Shown here: positions 19,029 through 24,000 of the stretch, piece by piece
How the letters are laid out: the number at the start of each line of letters is the position of its first letter
How positions within the stretch are numbered: the stretch's first letter is position 1
Origin: an uncultured Candidatus Saccharibacteria bacterium
Lineage (GTDB): Bacteria > Patescibacteriota > Minisyncoccia > Portnoybacterales > UBA2143
Direction of reading: 5' to 3'
DNA length: 24,000 nucleotides
NCBI GenBank assembly: GCA_964529855.1
Contig: CAZGZU010000002.1
Location: forward strand, 11,802 to 35,801
Made by a program: the position numbers and the translations under genes
The notes under the pieces: generated by a model
Told to the model about the DNA's origin: nothing
What the model saw: only the letters and a program-made list of their open reading frames with translations
Database searches by the model: none

Positions 19029-19900
19029 AAATACACCAGCCGGTTCTCTTAAAAGAAGTTTTGGATTATCTTAAACCGGCTATGGGAGAGAAATTTATTG
19101 ACTGCACGTTTGGTTTCGGGGGGCATAGTTTGGCTATCGCCAGGCAGGTCGGGTCAAAGGGTAAGGTTTTGGGAATTGAAAGAGACAGAGAGGTTTTGGA
19201 AAAATTGAAGGAAATGAATTTGCCGAACATTATTCTGACGCAGGGGAATTTTGGAGATTTGAAAAAGATTGCCCGGGAAAACAATTTTTTTCCGGTTCAG
19301 GGAATTCTCTTTGACCTGGGAATGTCTTCCTGGCAGATAGAGAAAAGCGGTCGGGGATTTTCCTTCCGGGAAGACGAACCGCTGGACATGCGTTACAGTT
19401 CTGAGGGATTAACCGCTGAAGAGATAGTTAATGAATGGACAGAAAAAGATTTGGAGAAGATTTTCCGCGAATACGGCGAGGAAAGATACGGACGATTAAT
19501 TGCCCGAGCGATTTGCCGGGCCAGACAGATTAAGCCGATTAAAAGAACCGGTCAATTGGTAGAGGTCATTGCCCGGGCAGTGCCGGGAAAGTATAAGAGG
19601 CAGCGATTGCATTTTGCCACCCGGGTTTTTCAGGCGCTGCGCATTGCGGTTAATGATGAATTAAATAATTTAAAAAAAAGCTTACCCCAAGCTTTGGAAA
19701 TATTAGAAAAAAATGGTAGATTGGCAATTATTTCTTTCCATTCTTTGGAGGATAGAATTGTTAAGATTTTTTTCCGCCAGCAAGCCAAAGAAGGAAATCT
19801 AAAAATTTTATTTAAAAAACCGGTCAGGCCAGGCCCGGAGGAAACAGAATCAAATCCTCGCAGCCGAAGCGCCAAACTCCGTCTGGCTGTTAAGGTATAG
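18953..19900 (+). CDS. rsmH: 16S rRNA (cytosine1402-N4)-methyltransferase RsmH; start codon uncertain
   Basis: HQPVLLKEVLDYL, DCTFGFGGHS, GILFDLGMSSWQ, FHSLEDRIVK, NPRSRSAKLR. The only canonical in-frame start (ATG at 18953) overlaps mraZ by 76 nt. Homology begins around 19031. Confidence 0.85.
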   Translation: MGILQKTNDQTGREHSRENERTGDLEIHQPVLLKEVLDYLKPAMGEKFIDCTFGFGGHSLAIARQVGSKGKVLGIERDREVLEKLKEMNLPNIILTQGNFGDLKKIARENNFFPVQGILFDLGMSSWQIEKSGRGFSFREDEPLDMRYSSEGLTAEEIVNEWTEKDLEKIFREYGEERYGRLIARAICRARQIKPIKRTGQLVEVIARAVPGKYKRQRLHFATRVFQALRIAVNDELNNLKKSLPQALEILEKNGRLAIISFHSLEDRIVKIFFRQQAKEGNLKILFKKPVRPGPEETESNPRSRSAKLRLAVKV

Positions 19901-19953
19901 AGCTTTGAAGCTTAAAACTGAAATGTTCGGTTTAGGTTTCAAATTTTAAGATA

Positions 19954-20280
19954 ATGACTCTTTACGTAAAATCCAAAAGGTTTCACAAATCCAGTCATGA
20001 TCGCGGCTTGGCTGTTTTGACCTTATTGATTGTTTTGGCAATTCTTTGTTTAGGATTTTTTTATTTAATACAGACCAACAGTTTAGTCGGTTGCAGTTAT
20101 CAAATTCGGCAGCAAAAGGAGTATCTCAATGATTTACAGGTGGAGAATCAAAAATTAGAGACGGAAATTGCTCAGTGGCAGTCACCGGCTAATCTGGAAA
20201 AGATAGTTGAGTCATTGGGCCTAGTTGAGGCGGACGAAGTGGTTTATCTCAAAGAAAAAGCAGTGGCCGTTAAAAAGTAG
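19954..20280 (+). CDS. ftsL: FtsL-like cell-division protein (single TM plus coiled coil)
   Basis: It sits between rsmH and ftsI. It has one TM helix (LAVLTLLIVLAILCLGFFYLI) followed by a heptad-like LNDLQVENQKLETEIAQ. The sequence itself is not diagnostic. Confidence 0.55.
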   Translation: MTLYVKSKRFHKSSHDRGLAVLTLLIVLAILCLGFFYLIQTNSLVGCSYQIRQQKEYLNDLQVENQKLETEIAQWQSPANLEKIVESLGLVEADEVVYLKEKAVAVKK

Positions 20281-20284
20281 ATTT

Positions 20285-22006
20285 ATGAAGTATGGACGTA
20301 TTTATTTTTTAGTAATCATTATTTTTCTATTAGGCGGCGGGATTTTAGGCCGTCTATTTTCTCTCCAGATTTTACAATATGAACATTATAGCGCCTTGGC
20401 CCAGAACCAGCATCAGATTTTAAAAACGCTTTTTCCGGAACGAGGAGAGATTCTTATTCAGGATTTATCACTTGCCCGACGGGGTGAAACAGAAAGCTAT
20501 TCCCCTTTGGCGACAAATAAAGAATTTCAGCAGGTCTACATTATTCCCAGAGACATTCCTCAAGAGGAAAAGGAAAATTTGGCTGTTCAGTTAGCTGACT
20601 TGCTTGATTTAGATAAAGACCTTATCTTAGAAAGGATGAATAAACCAGAAGATCCTTATGAACCATTAAAGCATAAGGTCAGTCAGTCAGTGGCTGAACA
20701 GATTGAAAATTTAGAGGTTGAAGGATTGGGTGTTGTCGCCGAGTCCTGGCGATATTATCCTAATGATAAATCAGCTTGTCATTTGCTTGGTTTTGTCGGG
20801 ATGAGTGAAGAGACGAGAGTCGGTCAGTACGGATTAGAAGGATATTATGAGGATGAGTTGAAGGGTCAGGCCGGGTTTTTGGCCGGAGAAAAAGATACGG
20901 CCGGTTACTGGATTCCTTCGTTGAGTCAAAAATTAGAACCGGCTCAAGATGGCGCTGAGCTCATTTTAACCATTGACCGAAATATCCAGTTCAGAGCTGA
21001 GAAAGAATTAAGCCAGGTCCTTGAACAATGGCAGGCAGTTGAGGGGACAATCATCGTTATGGAGCCGGCCAGCGGGGCTATTCGGGCGATGGCCAGTTAT
21101 CCGGTTTTTAATCCCAATGAATACGGCAAAGTGGAAGACATTGATGTTTTCCTTAATCCGGCAATCCAGAAAACTTATGAGCCGGGTTCGGTTTTTAAAC
21201 CGATTACCATGGCCGCCGGACTGGATAGCGGCCGGGTTACTCCGGATAGCGTTTACCAGGATGAAGGATTGATTAGGATAAAGGGAAGTACCATTAGTAA
21301 TGTTGACGGCCAGTCCTATGGCCAGCAGACCATGACTGAGGTTTTGGAAAAATCCATCAACACCGGAGCGGTTTTTGTCCAGCAGGAGATTGGCGAGGAA
21401 ATTTTTCAGGATTATGTTCAGCGGTTTAATTTCGGTCAGTTGACCGGTATTGATTTGGCCAGTGAAGTGGCCGGCGATATTTTAAACCTATTTACCGGAC
21501 GAGAAATTAATTTAGCGACTATTTCCTTTGGTCAGGGCATTACGGTTACTCCTTTGGAATTAATCACGGCCATAGGAGCAATTGCCAACAATGGCCGGTT
21601 AATGCGTCCGTTTATTGTTGAGAAAGTAGCGAAAGCAGACGGCAGTGAAACGGTTACTCAACCCGAAATAGTCGGTCAGCCCATTTCTTCCAAAACAGCC
21701 AAAGATTTAACCCGCATGTTGGTTAGCGTGGTGGAAAATGGATTCGGCAAGCCGGCCGGGGTTACCGGTTACGACATTGCCGGGAAAACCGGTACTGCCC
21801 AGATTGCCGATTTGGAAAAAGGCGGTTACTCTGACGAAGTTATCCACACTTTTGTCGGTTTTGCTCCGGCCTTTGACCCAAAATTCATTATTCTAATCAA
21901 GTTGGACAAACCACAGGGTATTCGTTTTGCCGCTGATTCAGTTACTCCTGTTTTCAAAAGAATGGCCGAGTATTTGTTTAATTATTTGGAGATAGCTCCG
22001 GAATAA
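20285..22006 (+). CDS. ftsI: Penicillin-binding protein, class B transpeptidase (FtsI/PBP2-like)
   Basis: N-terminal TM, PBP dimer domain, SxxK (GSVFKP), SxN (KSINTG), KTG (GKTGTA). The start is taken at the ATG at 20285, 5 nt after the ftsL stop. Confidence 0.9.
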   Translation: MKYGRIYFLVIIIFLLGGGILGRLFSLQILQYEHYSALAQNQHQILKTLFPERGEILIQDLSLARRGETESYSPLATNKEFQQVYIIPRDIPQEEKENLAVQLADLLDLDKDLILERMNKPEDPYEPLKHKVSQSVAEQIENLEVEGLGVVAESWRYYPNDKSACHLLGFVGMSEETRVGQYGLEGYYEDELKGQAGFLAGEKDTAGYWIPSLSQKLEPAQDGAELILTIDRNIQFRAEKELSQVLEQWQAVEGTIIVMEPASGAIRAMASYPVFNPNEYGKVEDIDVFLNPAIQKTYEPGSVFKPITMAAGLDSGRVTPDSVYQDEGLIRIKGSTISNVDGQSYGQQTMTEVLEKSINTGAVFVQQEIGEEIFQDYVQRFNFGQLTGIDLASEVAGDILNLFTGREINLATISFGQGITVTPLELITAIGAIANNGRLMRPFIVEKVAKADGSETVTQPEIVGQPISSKTAKDLTRMLVSVVENGFGKPAGVTGYDIAGKTGTAQIADLEKGGYSDEVIHTFVGFAPAFDPKFIILIKLDKPQGIRFAADSVTPVFKRMAEYLFNYLEIAPE

Positions 22007-22122
22007 GGTGAATCAAGGTGAATCAAGGCCCGGCCTGAAAACCTACGGCCTAAATTAAGGTTCGGTCTCTCGAATACGACCTTGCCTTCGGCAAGATCGT
22101 AGTTCTCGAGGCCAAACCTTAC
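22005..22122 (-). repeat. Full-length copy of the structured intergenic repeat family (inverted relative to 3400-3562), preceded by a tandem 10-nt duplication
   Basis: aaggtgaatc occurs twice (22005-22024). Next come module X (22024-22050) and hairpin module Y (22051-22122). The homology with the 3400 copy continues through the murF ATG (cttactatgcg versus cttatgcgg). Confidence 0.8.
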
Positions 22123-22123
22123 T

Positions 22124-23410
22124 ATGCGCAAGATTTTACAATACATTCTTAAAATATTAGCCAAGATGGTTCTCTGGCGATACAAGCCGGCGATTGTTGG
22201 TGTGAGCGGTAGCGTGGGGAAGACCGGCACCAAAGAGGCGATTTATCGGGTGCTTAAAAAGAATTTCCGGGTGCGGCGCAATATTAAGAATTACAATAAT
22301 GAAATAGGCGTGCCCTTGACTATCCTGGGACAGGATACTTCTCCAGAAACCCGCTTAAAAGCTGTTTTGAGTTGGGCCTGGATTTTTCTTAAAGCCATAA
22401 GGACCATTGTCTGGCAGAGAAAGTATCCGGAGATTTTGATTTTAGAAATGGCCGTTCGTCAGCCGGGTGATATGAAATATCTGATTGATTTTGTGCCGGT
22501 CAAGGTGGCTGTGATGACGGCCATTGGTCAGTTTCCGGTTCATCTGGAATTTTTCCCGGAAAAAGGAAAATTAGTTAAAGAAAAATCATTAATTTTCAAA
22601 TCTTTAAGTAAAACCGATTTAGCTGTTTTAAATTATGATGATTTATCAGTGCGGGCGATTGGCGATACTTTGTCAGGCAAAACTAACATAGTCCAATATG
22701 GTTTTGGTCAAGGAGCTGACCTGAAAATTTCCAATTTTAACCTTCAAATTATTGATTTGGCCAGAAATGATTTTGGCATTAATTTCAAATTAGAATATGA
22801 AGGGAGCATTGTGCCCGTTAAGATGAAACGGGCTTTAGGCAAACAACAGGCCTTTGCCGCGGCTGCGGCGACCAGCGTCGGTCTGTTTTTCGGTTTAAAT
22901 CTAGTTAGAATTTCCAGCGCCTTGACCAAGCATCGTTCTCTGGCTGGCCGGGCTAAACTACTTAAAGGGGTTAAAGGCAGCTGGATTATTGACGATTCTT
23001 ACAATGCTTCACCTTCATCCAGTCTGGCTGCTTTGGAGATTTTGGAAGAAATACCTTTGGATAATCCAGAGGCCAAAAGAATAGCTGTCTTGGGCGATAT
23101 GTTGGAATTAGGCGGCGATACAGAAGCCGGTCATCAGCAGGTTGGTCAAAAAGCCGCTTCAACGGTTGATTTGCTTTTTACGGTTGGCAACCGGGCCCGT
23201 TTTCTTGCCCAGGCAGCCCGTGAGCAAGGTCTGGCCAAAGAAAAAGTTTTTGAATTTTCGCAGACAGAGAAAGCCGGTCTGTCTGTTCAGCGGGCCATAA
23301 AAAAAGGCGATGTTATTTTAATCAAGGGCTCCCGGTCAATGCAGATGGAGAAGATTGTTAAGGAAATCATGGCTCAACCGGAAAAAGCCGAAAGGTTGTT
23401 GGTAGGTTGA
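22124..23410 (+). CDS. murF: UDP-N-acetylmuramoyl-tripeptide--D-alanyl-D-alanine ligase (MurF-like Mur ligase)
   Basis: P-loop VGVSGSVGKTGTKE, NYNNEIGVPLTIL (MurF-type), DDSYNASPSS, LGDMLELG. The P-loop is at aa 27-36, so the usual N-terminal domain looks absent. TGA stop. Confidence 0.85.
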   Translation: MRKILQYILKILAKMVLWRYKPAIVGVSGSVGKTGTKEAIYRVLKKNFRVRRNIKNYNNEIGVPLTILGQDTSPETRLKAVLSWAWIFLKAIRTIVWQRKYPEILILEMAVRQPGDMKYLIDFVPVKVAVMTAIGQFPVHLEFFPEKGKLVKEKSLIFKSLSKTDLAVLNYDDLSVRAIGDTLSGKTNIVQYGFGQGADLKISNFNLQIIDLARNDFGINFKLEYEGSIVPVKMKRALGKQQAFAAAAATSVGLFFGLNLVRISSALTKHRSLAGRAKLLKGVKGSWIIDDSYNASPSSSLAALEILEEIPLDNPEAKRIAVLGDMLELGGDTEAGHQQVGQKAASTVDLLFTVGNRARFLAQAAREQGLAKEKVFEFSQTEKAGLSVQRAIKKGDVILIKGSRSMQMEKIVKEIMAQPEKAERLLVG

Positions 23411-23411
23411 A

Positions 23412-23441
23412 TTGGACAAAATCAGCTATTCGTGGTAAACT
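23412..23441 (+). promoter_or_regulatory. Candidate promoter for tRNA-Glu and downstream genes
   Basis: ttggaca (23412-23418), a 17-18 nt spacer, then taaact (23436-23441). The tRNA starts at 23452. Confidence 0.35.
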
Positions 23442-23451
23442 AAAGCCAATT

Positions 23452-23524
23452 GGCCCCATCGTCTAGTGGCCTAGGACATCGCTTTCTCAAGGCGAAAACC
23501 GGGGTTCGATTCCCCGTGGGGCTA
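23452..23524 (+). tRNA. tRNA-Glu (anticodon CUC)
   Basis: ggccccatcgtctagtggcctaggac is a typical tRNA-Glu 5' half. Anticodon arm tcgct-ttctcaa-ggcga, T-loop ttcgatt, G1:U72. Confidence 0.9.
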
Positions 23525-23557
23525 CAAAATAAATTTAGTGAAAGGAGGTGAGATAAG

Positions 23558-23812
23558 ATGGAGGAAAAATTAATTGGCAAGGTTACTCATTACTTCACCA
23601 ATATCGGTGTGGCGGTAGTTGAACTTGAGGCGGGATTGAAAAAAGGTGATAAGATTCATGTTAAGGGAGCAACCAGCGACTTTGAGCAGGCCGTTGATTC
23701 AATGCAGATAGAACATGAGAGCGTTGAAAAAGCCAAGAAAGGCGACGCCATTGGCTTAAAAGTTGAGCAACAGGCCAGAGAGGGTGACCAGGTATTCCTA
23801 ATAAAAGAGTAA
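23558..23812 (+). CDS. Small EF-Tu domain-2-like beta-barrel protein (84 aa)
   Basis: SD aaaggagg lies 8 nt upstream. IGKVTHYFTNIGVAVVELEAGLKKGDKIHV...KGDAIGLKV...EGDQVF resembles the translation-factor domain II barrel. Confidence 0.7.
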   Translation: MEEKLIGKVTHYFTNIGVAVVELEAGLKKGDKIHVKGATSDFEQAVDSMQIEHESVEKAKKGDAIGLKVEQQAREGDQVFLIKE

Positions 23813-23818
23813 ATTACA

Positions 23819-24000
23819 ATGAAAATTAAAAAGCCCGGAACCAAGGCATTGGTACTTTTATCTGGTGGCTTGGATTCTATTTTAGCGGTTAAAATTTTAC
23901 AAAAACAGGACATTGAGGTGACTGGCATAAGTTTTGTCAGCTTTTTTTTTAATGCGGACCTGGCCCAGAAAGCGGCTAAAGAATTGAAAATAGAGCTTAA
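23819..24000 (+). CDS. PP-loop ATP pyrophosphatase, ThiI/MnmA-like tRNA thiolation enzyme (N-terminal 60 aa; runs off the window)
   Basis: MKIKKPGTKALVLLSGGLDSILAVKILQKQDIEVTGISFVSFFF. SGGLDS is the PP-loop. The exact family cannot be decided from 60 aa. Confidence 0.65.
   Translation, partial: MKIKKPGTKALVLLSGGLDSILAVKILQKQDIEVTGISFVSFFFNADLAQKAAKELKIEL

Noticed and set aside
185-22233. Antisense or overlapping shadow ORFs: 185-424(-), 2564-2939(-), 3051-3501(-), 3853-4095(+), 4743-4946(+), 5698-6013(-), 5992-6204(+), 6297-6674(-), 7822-8004(-), 9401-9667(-), 10071-10435(-), 10843-11148(-), 12612-12794(+), 12880-13122(-), 13427-13675(-), 14015-14221(-), 15086-15274(+), 16271-16471(-), 16839-17083(-), 17397-17582(-), 19066-19284(-), 19630-19875(-), 21021-21272(+), 21982-22233(-), 22744-22929(-), 23656-23928(-)
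   Set aside because: Each lies inside or opposite a confidently assigned gene, has no SD and translates to low-complexity or odd-composition peptides.
6936-23410. Alternative genetic code (TGA reassigned, as in some CPR lineages)
   Set aside because: TGA terminates rpsB (6936-6938) and murF (23408-23410) at the expected protein ends. No conserved gene needs read-through of TGA, so the code looks standard.
1-24000. CRISPR arrays, transposases/IS elements, integrases, restriction-modification or other defence genes
   Set aside because: There are no regularly spaced direct repeats and no ORF with the relevant catalytic motifs. The repeats present are palindromic intergenic elements without an associated enzyme in the window.

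Overview
This is a gene-dense, mostly plus-strand stretch of a small, moderately AT-rich bacterial genome. Compact housekeeping genes, reduced or oddly extended translation proteins and almost no biosynthetic context suggest a Candidate Phyla Radiation (Patescibacteria)-type organism; that is inference only.

Gene order:
- mnmA 3' end, a thioredoxin/CcdA-like membrane fusion, an orphan ORF and a HAD phosphatase.
- A minus-strand trpS-prfA-rpmE block.
- rpsB-tsf and a TPR membrane protein.
- An ultra-compact tRNA-Thr/Tyr/Thr array abutting rpmG.
- An AT-rich insert with an HTH/LAGLIDADG-like ORF running into tRNA-Trp.
- A TrmH-family methyltransferase, an orphan PurM-like gene and two small minus-strand orphans.
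- uppS-pcm-mltG-DJ1/PfpI, then an L10 leader with rplJ-rplL, a winged-helix gene, tRNA-Val and a small membrane protein.
- A partial dcw cluster (mraZ-rsmH-ftsL-ftsI-murF), tRNA-Glu, a small EF-Tu-domain-2-like protein and the 5' end of a PP-loop ATPase.

The genetic code looks standard: TGA terminates rpsB and murF at the expected ends. I see no rRNA, CRISPR array, transposase or recognisable defence or secondary-metabolite system, and no convincing novel multi-gene system.

The observations most worth a second look:
- An RF1 lacking all of domain 1, with its start overlapping the rpmE stop.
- Two unassigned families of structured intergenic repeats sitting at operon boundaries or intercistronic gaps.
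- A duplicated rpmG 3' end bracketing an AT-rich insert next to a homing-endonuclease-like ORF.
- A perfect-consensus promoter followed by helically phased GTGGN / DnaA-box-like repeats in front of mraZ.

All coordinates were counted by hand and may be off by 1-2 nt.
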